Origin: Octopus vulgaris
Taxonomy: Eukaryota
Length of the DNA: 64,000 nucleotides
Direction of reading: 5' to 3'
Assembly: GCA_951406725.2 (NCBI GenBank)
Contig: OX597831.1
Span: 29,636,001 to 29,700,000 of the forward strand
A program made the translations under genes and the position numbers. Under the pieces are notes generated by a model. That model had not been told where the DNA came from. It was given only the letters and a program-made list of their open reading frames with translations, and searched no databases. Below are positions 41,346 through 56,554 of this stretch, in pieces (position 1 is the stretch's first letter; every line of letters starts with the position of its first letter).

Positions 41346-41769
41346 ATGATATATTTCTTTATTGCCCACAAGGGGCTAAACATAGAGGGGACAAACAAGG
41401 ACAGACAAAGGGCTATTAAGTCGATTACATCGACCCCAGTGCGAAACTGGTACTTTATTTATCGACCCCGAAAGGATGAAAGGCAAAATCGACCTCGGCG
41501 GAATTTGAACTCAGAACGTAACGACAGACGAAATACCTATTTCTTTACTACCCACAAGGGGCTAAACATAGAGGGGACAAACAAGGACAGAGAAAGGGAT
41601 TAAGTCGATTACATCGATCCCAGTGCGTAACAGGTACTTATTTATCGACCCCGAAAGGATGAAAGGCAAAGTCGACCTCGGCGGAATTTGAACTCAGAAC
41701 GTAACGACAGATGAAATACCGCTAAGCATTTCGCCCGGCGTGCTAACGTTTCTGCCAGCTCGCTGCCTT
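41346..41769 (-). mobile_element. SINE family B dimer with 15-bp TSD
   Basis: One head and two bodies. CATTACTGCCTTAAT occurs at 41331-41345 and 41770-41784. Confidence 0.9.
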
Positions 41770-41856
41770 CATTACTGCCTTAATCTGATAGCCAACACCC
41801 TTGGATCAGTTTAATAGGGTAAACTCCAGGATTAATAGCCAAATGACCACGTATAC

Positions 41857-41912
<56 letters not shown>

Positions 41913-42335
41913 CCACACATACATATAATCATAACATTCATGCTATCAAATAGCCCATCACCCAAAATTTCAGGCCTTGTGCCTATAATAGAAAGAATGG
42001 CTTTATGACGTCGTCTTTTACATCATAAAAGACCACTTCATCATTACTAAATATGGAGCCGTTTATCCACAGAATGGCATCAGCTTTCAATTGCGATGCA
42101 AGATGTTCCCACGACAGAACAAGAATCCGTGGCTTTCATTGGTGCTCCATAGATAACAGGATCTCAAAACTATCGACCACACTCCACATTCTTCAACGTA
42201 ATTTAAACATAAAAGTAACAGCCTCATTTTACAGGTCAGCCTTTCTTGACTCATAAACATAAACATAAGAACTGTCTTACTCTTCTCCTGTGTCACTCAG
42301 CCATTTAAAAAAAAAAAAAACCTATGGACTCTTTT

Positions 42336-42550
42336 GGTGGAGGCACATGGCCTAATGGTTAGAGCAGCGGACTCGCGGTCGAGGGATCGCGGGTTCGACT
42401 GACTCTTTCGCCACAAGTTTCTCTCACTCTTTCCTCCTGCATCTAGCAGCTCACCTACGACGGACCGACGTCCTGTCCAGGTGGGGAACCTATACGCCAA
42501 GGAAACCGGGAAACCGGCCCTTATGAGCCAGGCATGGCTCGAAAATGGAC
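42336..42550 (+). mobile_element. SINE with a family C-type head and a third tail type (duplicated at ~48244-48460)
   Basis: GGAGGCACATGGCCTAATGGTTAGAGCAGCGGACTCGCGGTC head; tail GGAAACCGGGAAACCGGCCCTTATGAGCC. Confidence 0.75.
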
Positions 42551-42555
42551 AAACA

Positions 42556-42615
<60 letters not shown>

Positions 42616-42730
42616 AATAAGGGTGCAAAATTGAACATTAATTAGATTAATATCAATTTAAAACCAGTGGCCGAGCATATTGAAAAATCTGAAGATTCAG
42701 AAAAATTATATTACATACATATCAGAGGAA

Positions 42731-42869
42731 TGACCACTAAGTGGACATCCATTATGCTAGAGGTAACCCCATATGGTCTGGCCACCAAGAAAATTGAGAA
42801 CAATCTTTTCTTAGTGGTCAGACCATATTGAGTCTACCTCTAGCATAATGAATGTCCACTTAGTGGTCA
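42731..42869. repeat. Imperfect inverted repeat with ~63-bp arms and a 12-nt loop
   Basis: TGACCACTAAGTGGACATCCATTATGCTAGAGGTA...CCACCAAGAAAA versus TTTTCTTAGTGG...TACCTCTAGCATAATGAATGTCCACTTAGTGGTCA. Confidence 0.92.
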
Positions 42870-43201
42870 ATATATATATGAGTGTGTGTTTGCGTATGCG
42901 TGTTCTGTATGTGTGTGTGTATGTACATGCTGACACGCGCACAGACAAGCGCACGCCTACACTTTGCCTTGGTGCTATTGCAAAATTAATATCTCGCTAC
43001 TGGTGTTGTAGTTATTGTTGCCGTCGTTTTGCCACACTCTCTCTCTCTCCCCTCCCACCCTCACTCTATCTCTATCTCTATCTCCCCTTCTTTTCCATTA
43101 TCTTCTCCTCCTACCACTCCTCGCCGCATTCCTCAATCATCATCAACAAAACACAACATTACACTGTCAGCAGAAATACTGTGTGTGTGTGTGTGTGTGT
43201 G

Positions 43202-43269
<68 letters not shown>

Positions 43270-43650
43270 TGTGAGGTGTGTGCAACAGGATCGGTATGTT
43301 CCATTTAGTGGTCATTAACTTTATACATTGTGCGCGCATGTGAGTGTATGTATATATGTATGTATATATACATACATTCATATATATATGTATGTATTTA
43401 TGTATACATAAATGAATATATATACACATGTATATATATTTATATATATATGTATATATATGTATGAATGTGTGTGTTTCTATATATATGTGTGTGTGTG
43501 TATATATATATATATTTATATATATATATGTGCATATATATACATATATATATGTATATACATATATATATATGTATATACATATATATATATGTATATA
43601 CATATATATATATGTATATACATATATATATGTATATATATATGCATATA

Positions 43651-43721
<71 letters not shown>

Positions 43722-43746
43722 GTATATATGTATACATATATATATG

Positions 43747-43778
<32 letters not shown>

Positions 43779-43794
43779 CATATATATATACATG

Positions 43795-43829
<35 letters not shown>

Positions 43830-43914
43830 GACAGATACATATGTCCATATGTCTTGGTATGTATCTATCTTTCTCTTTCTTTCTCTGCCTCTCCCTTTCT
43901 CTCTTTCTCTCTCT

Positions 43915-43970
<56 letters not shown>

Positions 43971-44056
43971 TAATATCAGGGTAATAAAGATTTTAGAATC
44001 TTTTACTACCAGTGGCCTAGCATGTAGAAAAATTAGTCATAGACTATATATTATTC

Positions 44057-44206
44057 ATATAAAATATAGGGTACATTTAAACACATAAGAGGCATCCGTC
44101 ATAGGAATCCTGGTACGCTAGAAGGAACAGCCAAAGTCCAAACCAATTTGGCTGTTCCTTCTAGCGTTCTACCTCTTATGTGTTTAAAGGTACACTGTAT
44201 TTATAT
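44057..44206. repeat. Fold-back element with a perfect 21-bp inner stem and an outer ~35-bp stem
   Basis: ACGCTAGAAGGAACAGCCAAA / TTTGGCTGTTCCTTCTAGCGT; outer TTTAAACACATAAGAGG / CCTCTTATGTGTTTAAA. Confidence 0.92.
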
Positions 44207-44215
44207 ATCTATATA

Positions 44216-44267
<52 letters not shown>

Positions 44268-44865
44268 AATGTACTTATGGTATCACCTTGAAAACAGTGT
44301 AATCACAAATACGCACACAAACACACACAGACACTAAGTCACGTTGGTGATACCATCACACACACATACACATAAAGCACACATGCACACACATTGTTGC
44401 AGATACATGCGCACAATCACCTTGAGCAGAGGACACTCACACACACACAATATGCACAACGCTATATATAAACTTGTACTGTGAGGTAAACTTAAGCAAC
44501 CCTAGGGTGCTCCTTTAAGGGGGTGGTTTGTTGCTAGTATTTGGACCCGTTTCCTCTTCTATGGTAAACAACCCTCCCCTCCTGACCTAATTTTGGAATC
44601 CTAAAAATCCATTGGGGGGAGGGGTTGGTGTAAGCGTGTTGCTTAGTGGTTAGGGCAATGAACTCATGATCGCAAGACTTCGGTTTCGATTCCCGGACCG
44701 GGCGACGCGTTTATGTTCTTGAACAAAACACTTCATTTCACGTTGCCCCAGCCCACTCAACTGGCAAACATGAGTAATCCTGTCAACTTCTAGCATATGG
44801 ATGTCCACTTAGTGGTCATCCCTCTTATATGTATATATGTATATATATGTGTGTGTGTGTGTGGT

Positions 44866-44908
<43 letters not shown>

Positions 44909-45087
44909 GTATGTACCTGCATACATACAGTACTCACTTAACGTCATTGATAATAAGATTTTGAGAAGTGTGACTTTAAGTGAAACGAGGTAAATCGAAA
45001 CTTCTGAATTGCTAGCTTTGAATCTCGGAAACTTTGCAGTAAATATTCGCCGCTCGGTCACTCTCTCTTAATATTCCTATGTAAAAA

Positions 45088-45475
45088 GGCGGCGAGCTGG
45101 CAGAAACGTTAGCACGCCGGGCGAAATGCGTAGCCGTATTTCGTCTGCCGTTACGTTCTGAGTTCAAATTCCGCCGAGGCCGACTTTGCCTTTCATCCTT
45201 TCGGGGTCGATAAATTGAGTACCAGTTGCGCACTGGGATCGATGAAATCGACTTAATCCCTTTGTCTGTCCTTGTTTGTCCTCTCTGTGGTTAGCCCCTT
45301 GTGGGTAGTAAAGAAATACGTATTTCGTCTGTCGCTACGTTCTGAGTTCAAATTCCGCCATGGTCGACTTTACCTTTCATCCTTTCGGGGTCGATAAATT
45401 AAGTACCAGTTGTGTACTGGGGTCGATCTAATCGACTTAACCCCCTCCCCTCAAATTTCAAGGCTTTGTGCCTGC
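45088..45475 (+). mobile_element. SINE family B dimer (long tail then short tail; duplicated at ~50896-51285)
   Basis: Canonical head. The second body starts at TATTTCGTCTG. Confidence 0.9.
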
Positions 45476-45485
45476 ATTAAAAAGG

Positions 45486-45544
<59 letters not shown>

Positions 45545-45814
45545 GATTATTATTATAATAATAATAATAATAATAATTATTATTATTATTTAAGACTGGC
45601 TGAATCGTTAGCATGCTAGATGAAATGCTTAGTGGCATTTCATCCGTCTCTGCGTTGTGAGTTCGATTTTGCCTTTCATCCTTTCGGGAGGTCGATAAAA
45701 TAAGTACCAGCTGAGCACTGGACACCGGCAGGTGGGGTCGATGTAATCAACTTACCCCCCTGCTTCGATATTGCAGGTCTTGTGCCTATAGTATAAATGA
45801 TTATCATTACTATT

Positions 45815-45985
45815 GATGATGGTGATGATGATGATGATGATGATGGTAATGGTGATGATGATGATGGTGGTGGTGGTGGTGGTGGTGGTGGTGGTGGTGG
45901 TGGTGGTGGTGGTGGTGGTGATGATGGTGATGGTGATGGTGATGGTGATGGTGATGATGGTGATGGTGATGGTGATGATGATAAT
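45815..45985. repeat. (GAT)n/(GGT)n trinucleotide array, with (ATT)n at 45486-45590
   Basis: Directly visible. Confidence 0.95.
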
Positions 45986-46733
45986 GACGCAAGGGGAGGA
46001 GGTGCAGGAAAATTGCACGACTAGTAAGGTTTGCCTAGCGTATTTATTTATTTATTTATTTATCACAGAATGAAAAGCGCAACAATATGGAAGAAGGGAA
46101 ACGTAAAACGAAAGCGTACTGAGTAGCAGCGACGTTAATAACGACGCTAAACGAAATTACGTTTCCTGGGGATTCCCTGTATATACGCATAAATATGCGT
46201 GTGTGTTTGTATGTGTGTGTATGTCGCATACAAAAATAGAGATTATAAAATTGCGTAAATAATCTTTATTAAACAACGTAATGCAAATATAGACGTATAC
46301 ATCCTATGCATAGATAATACATATATTTTATAAATACATACCTATATATAAATATATATCCATGTATGTGAATATATACATATATAAATGTACATATGTG
46401 TGTGTATCTGTGTGTGTGTATCTGTGTGTGTGTGTGTGTGTGTGTGTATGCATACAACTCACTCTCCATACATGTCTCACGCACAAGCACTACCCCCACA
46501 TACATTCATGCACTCAACACTCACCAGCACCCCCGCATACCGACACAAAACCCAAACAACTGCCGCTAAGTGCCTTATCTTTGTGAAGACATGTAATCCA
46601 GCTGCATTAATCTACTGTGAATGCGTGTGTGTGCATACATCTACATATATAAAATGTGTTCATATGCACGCAGGTGTATTATTCTGTCTGTATGTTTATA
46701 TGTGGTTTGTATGCGCACACACACACACACACA

Positions 46734-46766
<33 letters not shown>

Positions 46767-46906
46767 ATAGAGAGAGAGCTTCTTAAAAAAATATATATAT
46801 GTATATATATGTATATTTATAAAGTTTTTTTACGTTATTGTTGGCTAGGTTCCTGGCTAGATTGGGTGTGGTGGAGTAGGAGAGTCTAATGGTGTTCTTA
46901 TTAAGG

Positions 46907-46957
<51 letters not shown>

Positions 46958-47174
46958 TCTCTTTCTCTCTCTTTTACTTGTTTCAGCCATTTGACTGCGA
47001 CCATGCTGGAGCACCGCCTTTAGTCGAGCAAATCGACCCCGGGACTTATTCTTTGTAAGCCCAGTACTTATTCTATCGGTCTCTTTTTGCCGAACCGCTA
47101 AGTGACGGGGACGTAAACACACCAGCATCGGTTGTCAAGCAATGCTAGGGGGACAAACACAGACACACAAACAT

Positions 47175-47248
<74 letters not shown>

Positions 47249-47563
47249 GTCAGGCTTCTTTCATTTTCCGTCTACCAAATCCACTCACAAGGCATTGGTC
47301 GATATATATCGCAAATAAGAAAATGGAGGAGAACTATAGGTGGTTCATCAACTTTTGGACATTAAAATATTAACTTATTTATTTATTAAACTGATAATTA
47401 TAATAACATACATACATATAACATATTATTCTTTGCATATAAGATATAAGATATAAAACATAGTTAAATATAAGGATACCAATAATTATTACAAAAAACA
47501 TGAATATAAAATACATAGGCGCAGGAGTGGCTGTGTGGTAAGTAGCTTGCTAACCAACCACAT

Positions 47564-47663
47564 NNNNNNNNNNNNNNNNNNNNNNNNNNNNNNNNNNNNN
47601 NNNNNNNNNNNNNNNNNNNNNNNNNNNNNNNNNNNNNNNNNNNNNNNNNNNNNNNNNNNNNNN
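47564..47663. other. Assembly gap (100 N)
   Basis: Run of exactly 100 N. Confidence 1.
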
Positions 47664-47764
47664 CGCTGCCTTCATTACTGCCTTAATCTGATAGCCAACA
47701 CCCTTGGATCAGTTTAATAGGGTAAACTCCAGGATTAATAGCCAAATGACCACGTATACACACA

Positions 47765-47813
<49 letters not shown>

Positions 47814-48462
47814 CCACACACCCACACATACATATAATCATAACATTCATGCTATCAAATAGCCCATCACCCAAAATTTCAGGCCTTGTGCCTATAATAG
47901 AAAGAATGGCTTTATGACGTCGTCTTTTACATCATAAAAGACCACTTCATCATTACTAAATATGGAGCCGTTTATCCACAGAATGGCATCAGCTTTCAAT
48001 TGCGATGCAAGATGTTCCCACGACAGAACAAGAATCCGTGGCTTTCATTGGTGCTCCATAGATAACAGGATCTCAAAACTATCGACCACACTCCACATTC
48101 TTCAACGTAATTTAAACATAAAAGTAACAGCCTCATTTTACAGGTCAGCCTTTCTTGACTCATAAACATAAACATAAGAACTGTCTTACTCTTCTCCTGT
48201 GTCACTCAGCCATTTAAAAAAAAAAAACCTATGGACTCTTTTGGTGGAGGCACATGGCCTAATGGTTAGAGCAGCGGACTCGCGGTCGAGGGATCGCGGG
48301 TTCGACTGACTCTTTCGCCACAAGTTTCTCTCACTCTTTCCTCCTGCATCTAGCAGCTCACCTACGACGGACCGACGTCCTGTCCAGGTGGGGAACCTAT
48401 ACGCCAAGGAAACCGGGAAACCGGCCCTTATGAGCCAGGCATGGCTCGAAAATGGACAAACA

Positions 48463-48520
<58 letters not shown>

Positions 48521-49079
48521 AATAAGGGTGCAAAATTGAACATTAATTAGATTAATATCAATTTAAAACATGTGGCCGAGCATATTGAAAAATCTGAATA
48601 TTCAGAAACATTATATTACATACATATAAGAGGAATGACCACTAAGTGGACATCCATTATGCTAGAGGTAACCCCATATGGTCTGGCCACCAAGAAAATT
48701 GAGAACAATCTTTTCTTAGTGGTCAGACCATATTGAGTCTACCTCTAGCATAATGAATGTCCACTTAGTGGTCAATATATATATGAGTGTGTGTTTGTGT
48801 ATGCGTGTTCTGTATGTGTGTGTGTATGTACATGCTGACAAGCGCACAGACAAGCCTACACTTTGCCTTGGTGCTATTGCAAAATTAATATCTCGCTACA
48901 GGTGTTGTAGTTATTGTTGCCGTCGTTTTGCCACACTCTCTCTCTCCCCTCCCTCCCCCCCTCACTCTATCTCTATCTCTATCTCCCCTTCTTTTCCATT
49001 ATCTTCTCCTCCTACCACTCCTCGCCGCATTCCTCAATCATCATCAACAAAACACAACATTACACTGTCAGCAGAAATA

Positions 49080-49164
<85 letters not shown>

Positions 49165-49372
49165 TGTGAGGTGTGTGCAACAGGATCGGTATGTTCCATT
49201 TAGTGGTCATTAACTTTATACATTGTGCGCGCATGTGAGTGTATGTATATATGTATGTATATATACATACATTCATATATATATGTATGTATTTATGTAT
49301 ACATAAATGAATATATATACACAATATATATTTATATATATGTATATATATGTATGAATGTGTGTGTGTTTC

Positions 49373-49403
<31 letters not shown>

Positions 49404-49548
49404 ATGTATGTATATATATACATATATACATATATATATATGTATATACATATATATATATGTATATATATATATATATGTATACATATATATATGTATA
49501 TACATATATATATGTATATATATATGCATATATATATGTATATATATA

Positions 49549-49647
<99 letters not shown>

Positions 49648-50023
49648 CACAGATACATATGTCCATATGTCTTGGAATGTATCTATCTTTCTCTTTCTTT
49701 CTCTGCCTCTCCCTTTCTCTCTTTCTCTCTCTTTCTATATATATATATATATATATATAGATATATATAGATATATATAATTAATAATATCAGGGTAATA
49801 AAGATTTTAGAATCTTTTACTACCAGTGGCCTAGCATGTAGAAAAATTAGTCATAGACTATATATTATTCATATAAAATACAGGGTACATTTAAACACAT
49901 TAAGAGGCATCCGTCATAGGAATCCTGGTACGCTAGAAGGAACAGCCAAAGTCCAAACCAATTTGGCTGTTCCTTCTAGCGTTCTACCTCTTATGTATTT
50001 AAAGGTAATGTATTTATATATCA

Positions 50024-50073
<50 letters not shown>

Positions 50074-50673
50074 AATGTACTTATGGTATCACCTTGAAAA
50101 CAGTGTAATCACAAATACGCACACAAACACACACAGACACTAAGTCACGTTGGTGATACCATCACACACACATACACATAAAGCACACATGCACACACAT
50201 TGTTGCAGATACATGCGCACAATCACCTTGAGCAGAGGACACTCACACACACACAATATGCACAACGCTATATATAAACTTGTACTGTGAGGTAAACTTA
50301 AGCAACCCTAGGGTGCCCCTTTAAGGGGGTGGTTTGTTGCTAGTATTTGGACCCGTTTCCTCTTCTATGGTAAACAACCCTCCCCTCCTGACCTAATTTT
50401 GGAATCCTAAAAATCCATTGGGGGGGGAGGGGTTGGTGTAAGCGTGTTGCTTAGTGGTTAGGGCAATGAACTCATGATCGCAAGACTTCGGTTTCGATTC
50501 CCGGACCGGGCGACGCGTTTATGTTCTTGAACAAAACACTTCATTTCACGTTGCCCCAGCCCACTCAACTGGCAAACATGAGTAATCCTGTCAACTTCTA
50601 GCATATGGATGTCCACTTAGTGGTCATCCCCCTTATATGTATATATGTATATATATGTGTGTGTGTGTGTGGT

Positions 50674-50716
<43 letters not shown>

Positions 50717-51294
50717 GTATGTACCTGCATACATACAGTACTCACTTAACGTCATTGATAATAAGATTTTGAGAAGTGTGACTTTAAGTGAAACGAGGTA
50801 AATCGAAACTTCTGAATTGCTAGCTTTGAATCTCGGAAACTTTGCAGTAAATATTCGCCGCTCGGTCACTCTCTCTTAATATTCCTATGTAAAAAGGCGG
50901 CGAGCTGGCAGAAACGTTAGCACGCCGGGCGAAATGCGTAGCCGTATTTCGTCTGCCGTTACGTTCTGAGTTCAAATTCCGCCGAGGTCGACTTTGCCTT
51001 TCATCCTTTCGGGGTCGATAAATTGAGTACCAGTTGCGCACTGGGATCGATGAAATCGACTTAATCCCTTTGTCTGTCCTTGTTTGTCCTCTCTGTGGTT
51101 AGCCCCTTGTGGGTAGTAAAGAAATACGTATTTCGTCTGTCGCTACGTTCTGAGTTCAAATTCCGCCATGGTCGACTTTACCTTTCTATCCTTTCGGGGT
51201 CGATAAATTAAGTACCAGTTGTGTACTGGGGTCGATCTAATCGACTTAACCCCCTCCCCTCAAATTTCAAGGCTTTGTGCCTGCATTAAAAAGG

Positions 51295-51356
<62 letters not shown>

Positions 51357-52544
51357 GATTATTATTATAATAATAATAATAATTATTATTATTATTATTA
51401 TTTAAGACTGGCTGAATCGTTAGCATGCTAGATGAAATGCTTAGTGGCATTTCATCCGTCTCTGCGTTGTGAGTTCGATTTTGCCTTTCATCCTTTCGGG
51501 AGGTCGATAAAATAAGTACCAGCTGAGCACTGGACACCGGCAGGTGGGGTCGATGTAATCAACTTACCCCCCTGCTTCGATATTGCAGGTCTTGTGCCTA
51601 TAGTATAAATGATTATCATTACTATTGATGATGGTGATGATGATGATGATGATGATGGTAATGGTGATGATGATGATGGTGGTGGTGGTGGTGGTGGTGG
51701 TGGTGGTGGTGGTGGTGGTGGTGGTGGTGGATGATGGTGATGGTGATGGTGATGGTGATGGTGATGATGGTGATGGTGATGGTGATGATGATAATGACGC
51801 AAGGGGAGGAGGTGCAGGAAAATTGCACGACTAGTAAGGTTTGCCTAGCGTATTTATTTATTTATTTATTTATCACAGAATGAAAAGCGCAACAATATGG
51901 AAGAAGGGAAACGTAAAACGAAAGCGTACTGAGTAGCAGCGACGTTAATAACGACGCTAAACGAAATTACGTTTCCTGGGGATTCCCTGTATATACGCAT
52001 AAATATGCGTGTGTGTTTGTATGTGTGTGTATGTCGCATACAAAAATAGAGATTATAAAATTGCGTAAATAATCTTTATTAAACAACGTAATGCAAATAT
52101 AGACGTATACATCCTATGCATAGATAATACATATATTTTATAAATACATACCTATATATAAATATATATCCATGTATGTGAATATATACATATATAAATG
52201 TACATATGTGTGTGTATCTGTGTGTGTGTATCTGTGTGTGTGTGTGTGTGTGTGTGTATGCATACAACTCACTCTCCATACATGTCTCACGCACAAGCAC
52301 TACCCCCACATACATTCATGCACTCAACACTCACCAGCACCCCCGCATACCGACACAAAACCCAAACAACTGCCGCTAAGTGCCTTATCTTTGTGAAGAC
52401 ATGTAATCCAGCTGCATTAATCTACTGTGAATGCGTGTGTGTGCATACATCTACATATATAAAATGTGTTCATATGCACGCAGGTGTATTATTCTGTCTG
52501 TATGTTTATATGTGGTTTGTATGCGCACACACACACACACACAC

Positions 52545-52576
<32 letters not shown>

Positions 52577-52716
52577 ATAGAGAGAGAGCTTCTTAAAAAA
52601 ATATATATATGTATATATATGTATATTTATAAAGTTTTTTTACGTTATTGTTGGCTAGGTTCCTGGCTAGATTGGGTGTGGTGGAGTAGGAGAGTCTAAT
52701 GGTGTTCTTATTAAGG

Positions 52717-52765
<49 letters not shown>

Positions 52766-52984
52766 TCTCTCTTTCTCTCTCTTTTACTTGTTTCAGCCAT
52801 TTGACTGCGACCATGCTGGAGCACCGCCTTTAGTCGAGCAAATCGACCCCGGGACTTATTCTTTGTAAGCCCAGTACTTATTCTATCGGTCTCTTTTTGC
52901 CGAACCGCTAAGTGACGGGGACGTAAACACACCAGCATCGGTTGTCAAGCAATGCTAGGGGGACAAACACAGACACACAAACAT

Positions 52985-53055
<71 letters not shown>

Positions 53056-53373
53056 TACGTCAGGCTTCTTTCATTTTCCGTCTACCAAATCCACTCACAA
53101 GGCATTGGTCGATATATATCGCAAATAAGAAAATGGAGGAGAACTATAGGTGGTTCATCAACTTTTGGACATTAAAATATTAACTTATTTATTTATTAAA
53201 CTGATAATTATAATAACATACATACATATAACATATTATTCTTTGCATATAAGATATAAGATATAAAACATAGTTAAATATAAGGATACCAATAATTATT
53301 ACAAAAAACATGAATATAAAATACATAGGCGCAGGAGTGGCTGTGTGGTAAGTAGCTTGCTAACCAACCACAT
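47664..53373 (+). repeat. Copy 2 of the ~5.8 kb tandem duplication
   Basis: Starts CGCTGCCTTCATTACTG as at 41761. Differs mainly in microsatellite lengths and scattered SNPs/indels. Confidence 0.97.
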
Positions 53374-53735
53374 TGTTCCGGGTTCAGTCCCACTGCGTGG
53401 CATCTTGGGCAAGTGTCTTCTACTATAGCCCCGGGCCGACCAATGCCTTGTGAGTGGATTTGGTAGTCGGAAACTGAAAGAAGCCTGTCGTATATATGTG
53501 TATATATATGTGTGTGTGTATATGTTTGTGTGTCTGTGTTTGTCCCCCTAGCATTGCTGGACAACCGATGCTGGTATGTTTACGTCCCCGTCACTTAGCG
53601 GTTCGGCAAAAGAGACTGATAGAATAAGTACTGGGCTTACAAAGAATAAGTCCCGGGGTCGATTTGCTCGACTAAAGGCGGTGCTCCAGCATGGCCGCAG
53701 TCAAATGACTGAAGCAAGTAAAAGAGTAAAAGAGT
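53328..53735 (+). mobile_element. SINE family A; inverted partner at 52789-53110; further copy at 53862-54225
   Basis: Full head and tail. Confidence 0.9.
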
Positions 53736-54950
53736 ATATATATATCTATGAAATATATATATTTGTATAAATACACACGCACATGTATTTTTATGTACGC
53801 TTTGTGAAATATGCATATATGCGTTTGTGTTACGTGTGTGTTTGTGTATCTGTGTAAACCACGTGGTAAGTAGCTTGGTTACCAGCCACATGGTTCCGGG
53901 TTCAATCCCACTGCGTGGCATCCTGGGCAAGTGTCTTCTACTATAGCCTCGAGCCGACCAAAGCCTTGTGAGTGAATTTGGTAGACGGAAACTGAAAGAA
54001 GCTCGTCGTATGTTTTGTGTGTGTGTGGGGGGGGGGGGGTTGTCCCTTCACCATCGCTTGACAACCGATGCTGGTGTGTTTACGTCCCCGTAACTTAGCA
54101 GTTCGGCTAAGAGACCGATAGAATAAGTACTAGGCTTACAAAGAATAAGTACTAGGGTCGATTAGTTCGACTAAGGGCTGTGCTCCAGTATGGCCGCTGT
54201 CAAGATGACTGGAAACAAATAAAAAAATGAAAAAAAATGTATGAATACTTTTGATTGTGAGTGTATGCTTATATGTTTATATGTATATACACACACATAT
54301 ATACTCATAGATGTGTATATATATATATATATGCTTATACACACTCACGCAAAAATAGACATGCATCGTGTGTCTAATATTTCTGCGTCCGTCACAGAGT
54401 TTGGCAGAGACATCCATCATTCTACTACCACCACCACCATCACCTTCCTACCTCACCACCCAAACACTGCATCCTTACTGCAACTCCCACCCCCCGCTCG
54501 CTGCATCATCGCCAACCCAGATCCCACCCCAACTCCACCCCGACCCCCCGTTGCTTCATTAGCACACCGCAACCACCACCACCCGTCACGACCCTACTCC
54601 ACTGTGTCACATACACCCTGTCAACTACTGCATTACCACAATGATGTGTATATATATATATGTATATATATACAACCACCACATATATACATATACATAT
54701 ATATATATGAATATACACATATATATGCATGGGTATACGTGCGTGTGTGTGTATGTGTGCATGCTTTTGTGTGAGTGTGTGTGTGTGTGTAAAGCAACAA
54801 TATACAGAAAGAAGCCATATAAGGTCACCCCTTCCCCGCCTCCGACCCAACGCACCTCCCCCACCACCGTCAGAACCTTGACAAAAATCTGCCTTTCTAA
54901 AGCGATATACTTCATTAGATGCCATTCCGATTTTTCGAGATGTTGAAGTT

Positions 54951-55016
<66 letters not shown>

Positions 55017-55017
55017 G

Positions 55018-55080
<63 letters not shown>

Positions 55081-55145
55081 GTATACACATAAATATCAGT
55101 CTATCTGTCAGTCTGTCTATCTATCTATCTTATCTATCTATCTAC

Positions 55146-55232
<87 letters not shown>

Positions 55233-55496
55233 CTAACTATCTACCCCCTCTCTCTCCATATATCAGTCTCTATCTATCTGTCTATCTGTCATTTTGTCTG
55301 TCTTTCTGTCTGTCTGTCTAGGTATGTATGTATGTATCTATCATCTATGTATCTGTCTATCTATCTCTTTAACTATCTATCAACCTATCTATCTGTTTAT
55401 CTATATGTATTGGAATAGATCCAGATTAACAGATAGATAGACAGATAGACAGACAGACAAAGATAGATAGATAGATAGACAGATAGACAGACAGAC

Positions 55497-55580
<84 letters not shown>

Positions 55581-55738
55581 ATAGGTAGTGAAGTATGTAC
55601 ACATTCATATGTGCATACATGCATAAGTGTACACATTTCTGGCTGCCTACAAACACACACACACACAAACACGCACGCATGCACTGAGAGAGAGAGAGAA
55701 ACAGAGAAAGAAAAGGTATGTGTGTGCGTGTGTGTACA

Positions 55739-55800
<62 letters not shown>

Positions 55801-56230
55801 CAAGTTAAAATGAGAAGTTTCTACTTCACCAGCTAAATGTGTTATAATGCTCCCTTTTTCAATATCGAGTCCTCCGTTTTTCTCCTTCTTGTTCATACTT
55901 AAGGGTCACTCCCTCTCTCTATCTGTCCCTTTCTCTCCTTTTCTCTCCTTTTCTCTCTGTCTCTCTCCCTTTCTCTTTCGCTCTCTTTCTTCCCCATTCT
56001 CCCTCTCTCTCCCTCTCTTTTTTCGCATTCACATACATGCACACACACACACACAAGCACGAACGCATACAGTATGCGTGTGTATCCACGTGTTCCTCTG
56101 TGCCCGCGTCTGTGTGTTTGCGTGTCTGTGTGTTCCCAAAATGCACGCGTTTGACAAATGAACTGATCTGAGATGGGTTTCTGGAACTAAAACAATTCAC
56201 GATATAATTGTACACACACACACATATATA

Positions 56231-56297
<67 letters not shown>

Positions 56298-56494
56298 TAT
56301 GCGTACAACTAAAGATATTCGTGGGAACGTTAATTATACATGAAAATGTTTGTTCATAATTTTACGAACTGCGCGTAACAATGCGTTTAATATATATATA
56401 TATACACTATCTGTTTACACATGCATCCATGTGTGTGTGTGTGTTATACGTGTATTTCTGTATGTATGTGCCTCTATGCATTCATATATAATGC

Positions 56495-56554
<60 letters not shown>

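Larger units (their letters stand above)
41761..47563 (+). repeat. Copy 1 of a ~5.8 kb tandem duplication
   Basis: Colinear and near-identical to 47664-53373. Ends exactly at the gap. Confidence 0.97.

Noticed and set aside
42689-42710. CTGAAGA-TTCA-GAAA
   Set aside because: Not conserved in the homologue at ~11780 or in the duplicated copy, and there are no stems.
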